From: Podarcis filfolensis
Lineage: Eukaryota
Length of the DNA: 64,000 bases
Assembly (NCBI GenBank): GCA_964270895.1
Contig: OZ185437.1
Reading direction: 5' to 3' (one strand)
Numbering within the stretch: the stretch's first letter is position 1; each line of letters starts with the position of its first letter. The notes beneath the pieces are model-generated. The model was not told the origin of the DNA. It ran no database searches and saw only the letters and a list, made by a program, of their open reading frames with translations. This document shows, in pieces, positions 1 through 11,624 of this stretch. A program made the position numbers and the translations under genes.

Positions 1-393
1 TTTCCGCCGTCCGAGCTGCTCGTCGCTGCTTGGAACCTGCCGCTCGCTCGCTCCTCCGTCCCTCCCTCCTTCCCTCTTTCCCTCTCTCCCTCCTTCCCTC
101 CCTCCGCCTGCGTGACCTCCCGCTCTGCCTTTTCGCCAAGGCTTGTTTAAATGACTTGAGTGAAAGAGGGGAAACTGTCAAGATGGCAGCAGCAGGAGCG
201 AGGAGGTGATGAGCGGGGTGGTGCGGATGCTGGAACGAAAACCTTGGCAGCCCTAAAGGACGAGGACTCCGGGCTTCTGGACCTGTTGGAAGACCGGCGA
301 TTTGACTTGCCTTGGATCCCGAGTCTTCACTCTCTTTCCCTCTCTCTTTCCCCCACGTTGAAGATTCGGATTTTTAAAAAACCACAGCAGAGC
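1..393 (+). other. FOXO3: Probable upstream non-coding (5' UTR) exon of FOXO3; its start cannot be determined
   Basis: Strong donor AGC|GTGAGT at 393/394; candidate acceptor ...gctgctactAG|GAGGTG at 1014/1015, 137 nt before the ATG; mammalian FOXO3 also has an upstream non-coding exon. Confidence 0.45.
151..256 (+). promoter_or_regulatory. Cluster of short upstream ORFs: 151-159 (MT*), 183-209 (MAAAGARR*), 209-256 (MSGVVRMLERKPWQP*)
   Basis: Read directly from the sequence; ATG183 has the context AAGATGG; uORFs 2 and 3 overlap as TGATG at 207-211. Function depends on the TSS lying upstream. Confidence 0.4.
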
Positions 394-1151
394 GTGAGTT
401 TCCCAGTGTTGTTGTTTTCCCCCTCTGCGCCCCCTTTTTGGGGGTTTTTTGCTTTTTTTGTGGGGCGGGGAAGAGGAATGGAGCAGGCGCGATCGGGTGC
501 GTTTTAAGACTTCAGTTTCCCAGCTAAGCTGTTTCGAAGTCAGCGGCGGAGAAGGACTCCTGGAGCCGAGCAGAAAGCGCCCGCCAAAGCAACAAGCAAG
601 AAGAGACTCGTGGCTCTCTTTATTTTTAGGCGTGCGAAGGGGGAGAGAGCCCGCGGGAAGTGGTCTCTTTAATGCATACCGCGAGATGCTATTGGAGCAA
701 TCCTGCACGGGGTGAAAGATAAACAAACACACGGGCGCGCCGCCGCGGAGATTTGCTTTCCCACTCTGCAAGGGTTGGGTGTTTTTTTTTGGGGGGGGGG
801 GCTGTTTCTTGCAAAATCGGCTCTCCTCAGGATCCCGAGGAAGAGGACGCACCTGGAGCCGGCTTGACCACCTGATCGTTTCTTTTTCCTGATTAATTTT
901 ATTGGTTGTTGTTGCTGGCGGTAGGGAAGGAGAGGTGGCGGGGTGAAAAGGAGGCGGCCGGACCTTTAATGGAGCGTGGCATGTTTGTACAACCTCGCTG
1001 ATCGCTGCTACTAGGAGGTGCGAGAGGAGGCGGCGGCAGCGGCGGAGGAGGAGGGACGGCCGAGGTGTGGATCGGGCTCCTCTCCCCTGACATCCCCACT
1101 TGGCAGCGGATCGGCAGGCAGAGCAGCCTCCCGAGCGGGGGAGAGGCCAAG

Positions 1152-1736
1152 ATGGCAGAGGCGTCTCCCCCCGCCCCCTTGTCCCCCGTGGACGTGGACC
1201 TGGACCCCGAGTTCGAGCCCCAGAGCCGCCCGCGCTCCTGTACGTGGCCCCTGCAGAGGCCTGAGCTGCAGGCGAGCCCGGCCAAGCCCGCGGGGGAAGC
1301 GGGCGCCGACGCCGCCTCCATGATCCCCGAGGAGGACGACGACGTCGACGACGAGGAGCAAGGGGGCAGCTCGGCCATGGCCGTCGGAGACGCCGTCCCT
1401 AGCGGCGGCGGCGAGGCGCTGGCCCCGGAGGACACGGCCCGCCTGCTGGCGCCTTTCTCGGGGCTGTCCGGCGACGGGTCCGGCCAGGGCGCCAGGGCGC
1501 CGAGCGGAGGGCAGCAGCCGCAGCAGCCGGGGGCGAGCGGGGCGGCGGCGGCGCCGAGGAAATGCTCGTCCCGCCGAAACGCGTGGGGGAACTTGTCCTA
1601 CGCGGACCTGATCACTCGCGCCATCGAGAGCTCCCCGGAGAAGCGCCTCACCCTCTCGCAGATCTACGAGTGGATGGTGCGCTGCGTGCCCTACTTCAAG
1701 GATAAGGGCGACAGCAACAGCTCGGCCGGCTGGAAG
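1152..1736 (+). CDS. FOXO3: Forkhead box protein O3, first coding exon (195 codons, phase-0 intron follows)
   Basis: [34 protein letters not shown] (Akt site, Thr31 here, equivalent to human T32) and [60 protein letters not shown] match FOXO3; Kozak AAGATGG; donor AAG|GTGAGC at 1736/1737 at the conserved FoxO intron position before NSIRHN. Confidence 0.97.
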
Positions 1737-3644
1737 GTGAGCGCGCGGCGGGCGGGGAGGAAAGTTGGTGGTCGGCCGGGCGGGTGGTTGTGCGAACGGG
1801 ATCTCCTGTGTGGGTCACACGCTCTCTCCAGTCTCGTATTCCTTTTTTTACTTTTCCTCAAAGTAGTGGGTCGGAATGGATCTATCTGAAGGCAAACCAC
1901 CCCCACCCCCAACTCCATTGCATTATCCGCACGGTACGATCTTCTGTGTTAATTAGTGCAGAAAAACGACCACCCCTCTCTATCTCCGTTTGTTTCCCAG
2001 TCATAACAAGCGCTAGCGCTGAACCTCCCCTCAGGACGCATTGAAAGGGCGGGAAAATTCCTACTCTCTTAAAGCTCTCAAAAAACAGAAGAAAAATGCC
2101 GCCGTGGTTTCTGACGGTGGAAAAAAGTGGTTCACGAGTGTTGGGGGGCGGGGGGGAGGAACTGGTTTTTGTTCAGTGTTACAAGTGACATTGTGAGAGT
2201 AGGGTGTACAGTATTTGACTCCGTTTTTGACCCGACAAAAACTTGAGTTCTCTGACATACACTTGAACTGGTTTTTCGTGGTCAAGATCGGCAAGCCTAA
2301 ATAAAGAGCTTAAAAAAGAAACCTCACAGAAACCACCACCAAACACACTTGACCCACATCATCAACTAACCCACATTTCTAGATTATAGCCTTCTGCTGG
2401 TAGGAGCTGAAGGAAATGCCCGAGTGAAAAAGGTGACTACGTGGACATGTTCATAGAGCGCTTTCTCTCATACAGTGCACCCCACCCTTGCGGATCTCCC
2501 CTTCTCCCCATGGCTTTAAGCCTGGTTGGTCCCATCCACAGGGTGTGATGGGGCAATTGCAGAACAACTTTCCAAAACTAATTTTTTGCTGTCCCCTGCA
2601 AGGGTGACCTTCAAGGTGTTGTGAGGAAACACCAGCGCCTCTCCATCAGGGATCCTGCTTCAGGATCAGTCCATAAGGGTTCTTTAAGAGCACCTTTACT
2701 TTGCCTGGCTTAGGCTCTGATCCCAGCACCTGCTGCTGCCTAAGCTAGACCAATGTCTTCTCAGTCAAAGGCGACCTGTGGTCCCCTCCTGTGTTAGCAA
2801 AGCAGGAAGCTTCTAACTTATGCCAGAAATGAGCAAGAGTATGTCAGTGGCGTGTCTATTTACATGGTGGTGTGTTTGTGCTTGTTGCCCATTATCTATT
2901 TTCTAGTAGCCAAGACTTCCCCTAAACAGTTTCCCCTAAACTGTGGAATCGGTACTGTTCAGCAGATAGGGAAGCAAAACAATCCCCTGTTTAAATCTGC
3001 CATGTGGGAGACTGTCCTTTGTTTGATGGGATTATATGCATGCATCAGCCTCTGAACCTACTGAGCTAAAAAATAAGTGAGGACATCACTTGCTTTTTGT
3101 ATTTCTCAATATTTGTGTATTTACACTGCCACAGTCTTTTATTTTACATTTTAAATTCCTTTGTTCAGCAAAAGACAAGACCCAAGAAATAGAAATTAAG
3201 AACACTTTTAAATAGCAAGCAATGTAAATAAGTGCATCTAGAGGGGACAGGATAGTATTTTTAAAAAGCAAACAAACCCAGAACCTCAAGATGCTAAATA
3301 GTGAAGAGTTATAGAAAGCAATATCTGTTGCTAGTGGGGTGAACTGGATAGGTATATTTTCCACATTAAATAGCCACACAGATTATGGCATTACGTGCAT
3401 CGGTACATAAAAGGCACCCCACAGCCTTTTAAATAGTGCTATACAATAACTTGAGCTAGGAATTGTAACTCCTGTTTGTACTCACATACCGTCTTTTGTT
3501 GCTGGTGACATTTTAACACATAAATGGGATGTGGAACACTGGCACTTTTTGAAATGCTTCCGTCTGCTAGTATTACAAATATAAACCATTCTACTTGCAT
3601 CACCATGCTTCTTAGAGGTAGTTGCTTAGACAAGACAAAAGTTT

Positions 3645-3808
3645 TGTAATGGTCAAGGCACTATGACTTTGTATACAGAGGGTCCCAGATTTGGTCTTTA
3701 ACAGCTCTAGGTAGGGGTAGGAAAGACTCCTGTCTGAAAACCTGCGCAGCTCTTGCCAGTCACTGTAGTTAGTTGGACTAATGGTCTGATTTGGTATAAG
3801 GCAGCTTG
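3645..3808 (+). mobile_element. Decayed tRNA-derived SINE with CR1-type tail (Squam2-like); a second partial head at ~3876-3940
   Basis: 'ggtcccagatt...gtaggggtaggaaagactcctgtctgaaaacctg...gccagtcactgtag...ggactaatggtctgatttggtataaggcagctt' resembles a common squamate SINE as I recall it. Confidence 0.6.
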
Positions 3809-4074
3809 CGACCATCAGCAGCTGCTGCCAGTGACTTACAGTGGCTGGGTGTTTGAGCCCCACCAGCGAATGTCTGCACCGTAGTGGCACAGTACATGCT
3901 TTCCATTCAGAAGGTCCCAAGTTCAACCCTGGAAGGTCCTCCTGTCTCTTAAACCATGAAGTGCCAAGAATCTTAATGGTCTACAAAGGCAGCTTTCTAT
4001 GCCACAGATTAATAGGATTCTGCTCCTGCACATGCTTTTTCGGAAGGAAGTACCAGTGAATGTGGGTGAAATTT

Positions 4075-4262
4075 GACTAATTCGTACTTAGGGTAGACCA
4101 ACTGAAATCAATGGACTTAAGTCCACTGATTTCACTGGGTCTGCTTTGAATATGACCATAACTAACATTGGATATCATCCTGTGGTTTTGTGTGTTCACC
4201 CGGGAGTAAGCCTCATTGAACAAGATGGGACATCTGCTCCACTGAATATGCATAGGATCACA
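4075..4262. mobile_element. Two adjacent short palindromic MITE-like elements (~4075-4180 and ~4180-4262)
   Basis: Hairpin gtagaccaactgaaatcaatggac-ttaa-gtccactgatttcactgggtctgc (20/24 paired); the second unit (gggagtaagcctcattgaac...gcataggat) is related to copies at ~18050-18110 and ~26345-26420. Confidence 0.55.
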
Positions 4263-4639
4263 CTCATGGCATATTGAAGCTGAGGGCACAGTTGAAGCTT
4301 ATATAGGGTTTGTCGCTTGGGGGCCAGCTGCACATTATGTACAGATAATTGTGTACTGGAACTCCAGTCCTCATATTTTATTTTAATTTTCTTAAAAAGC
4401 TTCTTAGGAGGAGGCACCTGAGAGTGCTTACCTTTGTCTTTACTGCCATTTCCCCATTCCAAAGCCTTTTCCCTGTTGGGGTTTAAAATGCTAACCTACC
4501 ACATAAGCTGGAATGGGCAGAGGAGGAACCATGCAAGTTGCCTTGAGCATCTTGAGGAAAGGTGGAAGAAAATAATAGTCATTTTGCCCTTTCTCCCTTC
4601 ATGCCACCCAGCCACAGGCCATGGTGGATTGCCACGGGG

Positions 4640-5020
4640 AGGACATGCCATGCAGGATCAAACCTATCTAGTTCAGCATCCTGTTCTCACAGTGACCAAC
4701 CAGGTGTCCATGAAGCCACGATGCAGGACACGAGCACAATAGCATTCTCCACATTAGTGATTCCCAACATCCCATATTTAGAGGCATCCGGCTTATGATA
4801 ATAGAAGTAATATAGACATTATGACTAGCAGCCATTGATAGCCTTCTCCATGAATTTGTCTAATACCCTTCTAAAGCCCTTTAAGTTGGTGGCTGTCACT
4901 ATATCTTGTGGAAGTGAATTCCATGTTTTAACTCTGTACCATGTGAAGACATATTCACTATCCCTGTGACTCTGCCAGTTTTCAACTTCACTGGATGACC
5001 CCGAGTTCTGTCCATCTTCT
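4640..5020 (-). mobile_element. Old CR1 LINE 3' fragment
   Basis: 'atctagttcagcatcctgttctcacagtgaccaacc', 'agccattgatagccttctccatgaatttgtctaa', 'gtggaagtgaattccat...tgtgaagacatattc' are the reverse complement of the CR1 ORF2 end and 3' UTR. Confidence 0.75.
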
Positions 5021-5730
5021 CTCTTTCAACTTGCAACCCCCGTTGAGTTTCTTGGAGGGAGGGTTTAATGAAAACATATTTGAGTAGAAGTTGCTCCGAA
5101 AACCCATATCCCTCTGTCCCTCCTCTTCTCAGTTCCTGCTGAACCATTTGTTCTGTGTAAACAAAGTGCTAAGCCAGCAAAGCAAAAGATGACGATTTGC
5201 ACTGGAGATGACCAGCCTTCACCCAGGGAGATGTGGATGCTATGACAGAGGCTTATTATTGCACATGGTGTACGCACCTCTGTTGTCTTTGTTCACAGGT
5301 TCTGCAAGGTTTTGTAGACCTCCAAGAGCCAGCAAAACCTGTTTGACCAGAACTATTGGTAGGACAAAAGAAATGTATGTGTGCACTACGTAACCGATGA
5401 TGCCTCTGTCGTACCACCCTCAACTCCCTTTGAAAAGATTGTATTTAATGCTAGTGCTTCTCAGAGTCAGCCCACTGAAATTAATTAACCTAAGTTAATC
5501 ATAGCCATTAATTTCCGTGGGTCTACCCTAAGGTCTGTCCCCATCCATAAACACATAAAATAGGAACCACTTCATGCATTACCAAATTCCTGTATTGGCA
5601 GGCATTCCTACACAACACTTTTTTTCCTACAAAGTCAACAATTTGCATCTCCTGTGTAATAGCGATCACACCCAGTGCATCTGTACATGTAGTTAATCTG
5701 CCATGGTCATGTGGCACACCTGCATGCACG

Positions 5731-5871
5731 TTAGAATTTTAGAATTGTGGAGTTGGAAAGGGACTGTGAGGGTCATCTAGTCCAACTCGCTGCAATGCAG
5801 GAATTCTTTTGCCCGACATGGGAAGCCACAGCCCAGAGATTAAGAGATGCACGCTGTACCGACTGAGTTAT
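5731..5871 (-). mobile_element. tRNA-Lys(CUU)-derived SINE with CR1 3' tail
   Basis: Reverse complement: taactcagtcggtacagcgtgcatctcttaatctctgggc... (tRNA-Lys-CTT like, B box partly deleted), then aattcctgcattgcagcgagttggactagatgaccctcacagtccctttccaactccacaattcta, matching the CR1 tail at 13300-13378. Confidence 0.8.
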
Positions 5872-8229
5872 GTTATTTCCTTCATGAATGTGCCTACTGA
5901 GTGAGAATTTTGTAATTTATGGTGAAGTGGCCCTGAGTTTTTTTACACATTTGAAGAAGAGCAGCAAGAAAATATTTTCTTTAATATTTAATATGTGACT
6001 GTTTTCACATGAAAAATATATATACAGGTAATAAATATGGAAAGAAGGTGTTGATACAACACAGAACCATAGCAGATTTATTTTCTATTACAGTGGCCAA
6101 GAAAAAATGCCGTGACTTTTTGCATTTGTTCAAATGTTGCCTATTGTACTTGCCTGATGCAGATCCCATGTACCAAGATTTTATACAGCTGCAGTATCCG
6201 TCTCAGAGGCATGAATGAGTCCATGCATTCAGAATTCTATTAAATTTACAATGAAACTGTTTTCCTCTTAAATATTTTCATTTGATGGGAATAAAACAGA
6301 ATGTAGGCTGTTCAGTGGAAACAAGTCATTTGGAAGTTAGTTAGGCACCACAAGGTTTCTATTAGTAACCTTTTCATGTGTCCCAACTTCTCTGTAGGAC
6401 ACACCAGTAGAAACTTAAATACAAATGAAGGGCTTTCAATCGTCGTGAACTGAACATGGAAGGATCTCATAATTCAATACTAATAATAATATATAATGTC
6501 CAGCAGTTTAAAAGAAGGGAGTGGTTATGTCATAAAATACATGTGTATTTTTGCATCATGTGCCGCATTTCCAAGAGTTACCATAAATGCACCATAAAAA
6601 TGCCATAAAGTTTAGACGTGGGATGTCAGTTGTTGCTCTTCTGACAGAGCCTGCATCGTTAGCAGATGTAGTTGTTTGGAGTCCAATCTGTAGTGCCAAA
6701 GCCTTTTAAGCTGCTGCCTTAAGAAAACTTTCGTATCAAATGGGCTACAGAGGATCGGTTAAAACAACAACATGTAGCAACATGGAGGACTGCACTGAAT
6801 TTATGCTCATTGATTTCAATAGCAGCATACTCTAGACCATGCAGCAAAGTGCTTACATTAATTAGATTGCTAAGCATAGTTGAAACATTTCTAACCATTT
6901 ATAATTTTAATTTGATATTGATTTCATTTATGAGCAGCCTTAGCTGGTACTTTGAGCTAATTAAAATGTTAAAAACTTGGATCCCTGGATACTTGGTGAT
7001 ATGTTAGTTCAGAAATTTTGCAATAACCTCTAACATGACCTTACTGGAAGAGAAGACCAAACTAGACCTGTGAAATCTTGTTTGTTTTTAGGGAACTTGG
7101 GCAGGCCGAAATAGATGCTACTATCTTTTATTCGCGAGGCATTTTCTCATCTAATAGAAACAAATTATGAACTGCCCATGGGAAAGTACTGGAAAGCCTT
7201 CTTTAAAAAAATATTAATTTTCTTACCTTTATATCCTGCCTTCTTTCTGTCATGGACTCAAAGTGGTGTAGATGTGGTTCTCAGATGATTACCCTCCAGG
7301 TACTGGTCATATCCAAACCTTCAGCACAGTGTTGGCCTTGTGTGCCTTGCTTCAGAGTAATCTGAGTAGCTTCCCTGGTTTATGTAGAAAAATGGAGAAA
7401 CAAGTATTCGTTTAGACTTGTACCTCCATGGGTCAGAGCTGATCACACAAACATAATGGCTATGGCAGAGAAAGTAGGGGACCATATAGCTAGGTTTTTT
7501 TAGTTGTTGTTTTTTCTACATTCTGTACTCTTAGCTTGGACTTACTTTTAAAAATCAAATTATTAAGCAGATTCATTGCATTGAGAATGTTTATGTACTA
7601 CTTCAGAAGTGCACCACTTTGAAGTTCTCTGTGTTGAAAAGGACACATCTTAATAATTTGGAACATTTTTTACTTGGAGTGTGTGAGATACTAGTATACA
7701 ACAAACAGACTGTTCTATCCCCACCCCCCAAAAAACCTTTTATGGGTTTAAAAAAGGATAATGATAATCAATGATACAAATAAATAGACTGTCGTCTTGT
7801 AATGTGTAAATAACAAAATTGCACAATAAATTTGCAGAAATATATAAGGCATCTGGTTCATTACTAGTGGTCTGTACTGAGGAATTTGCAGGTGACATGT
7901 TTAACATGCAGCCATTTGGGTGAAGGTGAATTCATTGTCTGGTCCATACCTAAGCTTACAGTGCATCAAGCTACTTACTTTTGAAAGACATAGAATTGCC
8001 ACATTTTATATTTGACCATATGTGGTTATTGTTACATAGTGCTGCATAGATAACAAAGCATTGCAATAATTAACAGTAATAGCTATAACCAATAGGAAAG
8101 GCAAATTGCAGTGTGTCTCCCAGTGTTTCCGTGTGTGTGTATCTTGTATTAACTCTGTGGTCCATTTTAAAAGTTGCATCCTTCATATGGGGATTGTAAC
8201 ATTTGTGAGCTGTTAAGCATGTGGGACAC

Positions 8230-8510
8230 CAACAACAACAACAACAACAACAACAACTATTACTTACACTTTATAGTGCCCACATACCTGAACTGTCTGG
8301 GCAGTTTGCTAAGATTAAAATAAGTAAGATGCTATAATAAAGTAACCAGCACAATATCATTATAATAACTGTAACATCTGCATACAATCAGAAAAACCAC
8401 ATAAAACCAGCACAGCAAACATACAAAGCAGTAAAAGCATCAACAAAATTTACTAAGTGCCAGAAATCTAAAATGCACTGAAAATTCACAATAAAAGGCC
8501 TGGGAGAATG
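8230..8510 (-). mobile_element. Old L2-like LINE 3' tail with (AAC)n microsatellite
   Basis: (AAC)n at 8230-8256 followed by 'tttatagtgcccac...ctgggcagtttg' and an A-rich tract, typical of an antisense L2 3' end. Confidence 0.45.
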
Positions 8511-8518
8511 GTGCGCGG

Positions 8519-8520
<2 letters not shown>

Positions 8521-8555
<35 letters not shown>
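8521..8555. repeat. (CA)n microsatellite
   Basis: Pure dinucleotide run. Confidence 0.95.
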
Positions 8556-8557
<2 letters not shown>

Positions 8558-9053
8558 AAGGTCAGTTTCTCTGGGGAGGGCATTCTGTAACCAGGGCTCT
8601 AAGACCTCTGCCACAATGCCACCCACCTCACCTGACTGAGTGTGTGAACCTGGAGAAAGGCCAATATGTGAAGAATTATTTGCGACACAGCTGCATGTTT
8701 CTGATTGGCTCTGCCATATGACTCTCCATGTCCCTACGTCGTTACGGCTTCTGTGAGGAGTTACTGCCAGGTGGAAGAATTTTTGGTGGCCTCCACCAAC
8801 AGCCACCATCTTTCTTGATGGTACGCAGTTGAAAGCAATCGGCAGGATCCAACTAATGACTCTTTTCAGAGGACACTTGCACAAGGACTTCTGCTCAACC
8901 CCCACCCAATTGGCCCAGGAAGTGCCAGGACAGAACATTGCACAGGGCAAGGAGCAGGGTTATTATTTCACCTGGCAAGCTAAATAGGTCTAGGGTTATC
9001 ATTCCTCCCATTTGCTTGTCTGGAAATGTAGTAATAACCACAGGAAACAATAT

Positions 9054-9180
9054 GTTGTTGTTGTTTAGTCGTTTAGTCGTGTCTGAATCTTCGTGACCCC
9101 ATGGTCCAGAGCACGCCAGGCATTCCTGTCTTCCACTGCCTCCCGCAGTCTGGTCAAACTCATGCTGGTAGCTTCGAGAA
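9054..9180 (-). mobile_element. Heavily 5'-truncated BovB (RTE) LINE insertion with perfect 15-bp TSD
   Basis: 'gttgttgtttagtcgtttagtcgtgtctgaatcttcgtgaccccatgg...cacgccaggc...tcaaactcatg' is the BovB 3' end reverse-complemented; flanked by CACAGGAAACAATAT at 9039-9053 and 9181-9195. Confidence 0.9.
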
Positions 9181-9890
9181 CACAGGAAACAATATACTTG
9201 GTGCTAATCAGTTACTGTCTAAATAGCATATGGCTACAAGTATGGGACCTGAAAGCATTTGTATACGTGTAACGGCTTTGTTTATGGCAGGTATTTGTCT
9301 TCTCACTTTACACATTAGTTGCAGAATGAAGAAATTATAAATAAAGAATACATCAAACCAAGAGAAAAGGTTGATGTTGGATTTTGGCACATACATTATG
9401 TACATATAATAAACCAGTTTCCTATGACTTCCCTGTGAGAGCATAATACAGCACACTTCTGTAATAGAGGCATCTTCAGGAGTTGATGATCTGTGCAAGT
9501 ACAGAAAGTATGAACAGATTGCACTAGCACTACTGTATCTGTGTATATGAATATACCTAAAGCTGCTCTCAGTGGGTCACAGAGTCCAATTCTTACCATA
9601 GGGCAAGCATCCCTGACGGATACCATATTAAACAGATATCATGCCTGCTTTCACACTGGGCATTTACTGTGAAGTAGTTACTTTCTTTTTATGAGGCATC
9701 TCAGTAATGGTGTGGTCAAAACATGGTCCTTCTTTATTTTATTGTTTAATTTCTAGGGTCCCCCCCGAAAGCTTAGACAACCCCACTTTTTAACACAGTG
9801 GAACAGTTGCTCAACTTCTCCAGTTGTAGATGACCCATTGTGCAGCTGTTCTGTGGGTTCAGGGCCAGTTATGGCCTGCATAGATTATGG

Positions 9891-10005
9891 AAGGAGTGGG
9901 AAACCTTTGGCTGTCCAGACTCCAACTCCCATCAGCCCCAGTCAGCACACCCAGTTGCTAGGGATGATGGGAGCTGTAGTTCAACAACTAGAAGCACTGG
10001 GTTAT
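9891..10005. mobile_element. hAT-type palindromic MITE ('ctacaactcccatc...gatgggagttgtag' family)
   Basis: Internal inverted repeat aactcccatca / tgatgggagct; related copies at ~26418, ~41335, ~44550, ~55905 and ~59165. Confidence 0.65.
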
Positions 10006-11624
10006 GGTAGAGACATTTCCTTCGTTGTAGTTCCTCTCTCCCCTTTAGGAATCAACTCTCTTTAATTTTTTCCTGTTCAAATTGCATTTCTTTTTTTCTA
10101 TTTCTTTTTCTCATTCTAAAGGGCAGCTGAGGGTGGGAGAAGAGAAATTAATCCTTTGTCCCCATCAGTTCTTGAGGTTGGGAGAATGGGGGTTACCCAC
10201 ATGGCTACAGAATGTCATTTGGATTCTAGAGGCCTGGAAATTATAAGTTGCCACTCCACTGGCATTGCAGTGGTAATTATTTGCTTCTAAATAGCCCATG
10301 TTTGGAAGCACCTCATCTGTTGCAGAGGGAGATTTATTTGTTACATTTTCAAATGCTTGCTTAGGAGAAGGCATCTACTTCCTGCTTTGCTAGTGCAAGG
10401 TTGTAGATCATACCATTATGCTGTTATAGGCAAGGATCCAAAACATTTGGCTTGTCTCAGTAACTAACTGTTATTTGTGTTTGCCACCAATCCTTCCCTC
10501 CCGTAAGTCTTCAGCACAGGCTAGAGGTTTTGGGGATGAGTGCATGCATTCATGCATGCATGTATGTATGTTCATATATCCCATAAGACACTGGACTCTG
10601 ATGTGCCCCAAAGCTCAGGGTGACTCTTCTGCATATGTCAGAGGATAAGAGGAAGGAAAGGTTCTCTTAAGGAGGGTGAAGACTTGTACTGTGCTGAGCT
10701 TTTCTGTGCCAAAGCTTAGCTGGACATACAAGATCCATGCAATTTGTGAAGAACTCGAGGAAGGGAATTGTCTTAGGGAGAGCTTGAAGTACTTACTGCC
10801 GTTGTTGATAGATCCCATGCTGATGTCATTGTTTGAGGAATCTGGTTAAAGCCTATTGCTTATATCTGTTATTTATGCAGGACAAAATGAGTTCGCTCCA
10901 GTGTAGTGGGGATAAAGATGGGTGCAGCATGTTCTCCTTTCCTTAAGCAATGTTGTTGTTGTTTTATTTTATATGGCAGAAGCATGGGCTTCTTAGATGA
11001 GTTTTTGTAGGCATGGCACATGAAGCGAGAAATGGCTAGTCAGCTTTGGTTAGTATGAAATTACATTTCCTCTAACATAATTAAGATTTTGCCAGTTTCT
11101 TCAGCAGCAAGCCTGTTTTTTTCCTTCTGTTCTCCCATACCCTGGTAGAATGTTATCTAACCTAGCATTAAGCACAGCAATACGATACAGTAAATATCTT
11201 CAGATCCTTCATACCGTCTACGTTTTAATAAACATATGTGCAAGCTATTTTAACACTCACCTACACATTTCCAAGCCGTCCCACAGTGATTTATTTATAT
11301 GACTCAGTATCTGCACACTCCTTTGAATAGCTGATGAGGGTGAAGGAAAAAAGACTGTAGCTTCTGGTTCTAAAAGAACCAAGGGTTTGAGAACGGAAGG
11401 GCTGAACATTCTTGCTTTATGTGGAAATGAATGTTCTGGGAACGTTTTCCCTTTTGGTAATTTTGTCAAGTCGCCTTATTTCAGGTGACGCTTCAGCTTA
11501 TTTCCATGCAATTTTTGCCATTCTCACTGTTGTTTCCTTAATCAAGGTTTCTCGGTTGCTGTAACTCATAACAAAGCTCTGGAATAGAGAGGGGAACATT
11601 CCTGCGTGAATTACTCCAAAAATA

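Larger units (their letters stand above)
1..1850. promoter_or_regulatory. CpG island / promoter and 5' region of FOXO3
   Basis: Very GC- and CpG-rich, in sharp contrast to the CpG-depleted AT-rich sequence after ~2.2 kb; pyrimidine-rich tract at 1-130; reverse CCAAT boxes (ATTGG) at 691-695 and 901-905. Confidence 0.85.

Noticed and set aside
160-1435. Several 100-200 aa ORFs on both strands in the CpG island
   Set aside because: Expected in GC-rich, stop-poor sequence; low complexity and no recognisable domains.
1737-1889. Continuation of the FOXO3 ORF to the stop at 1889
   Set aside because: Read-through past the canonical GTGAGC donor at the conserved intron position; the residues after AGWK have no FoxO similarity.
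5810-5871. Possible tRNA-Lys gene
   Set aside because: The B box/T arm is partly deleted, the acceptor stem is broken, and it is fused to a CR1 tail, so it is a SINE head.
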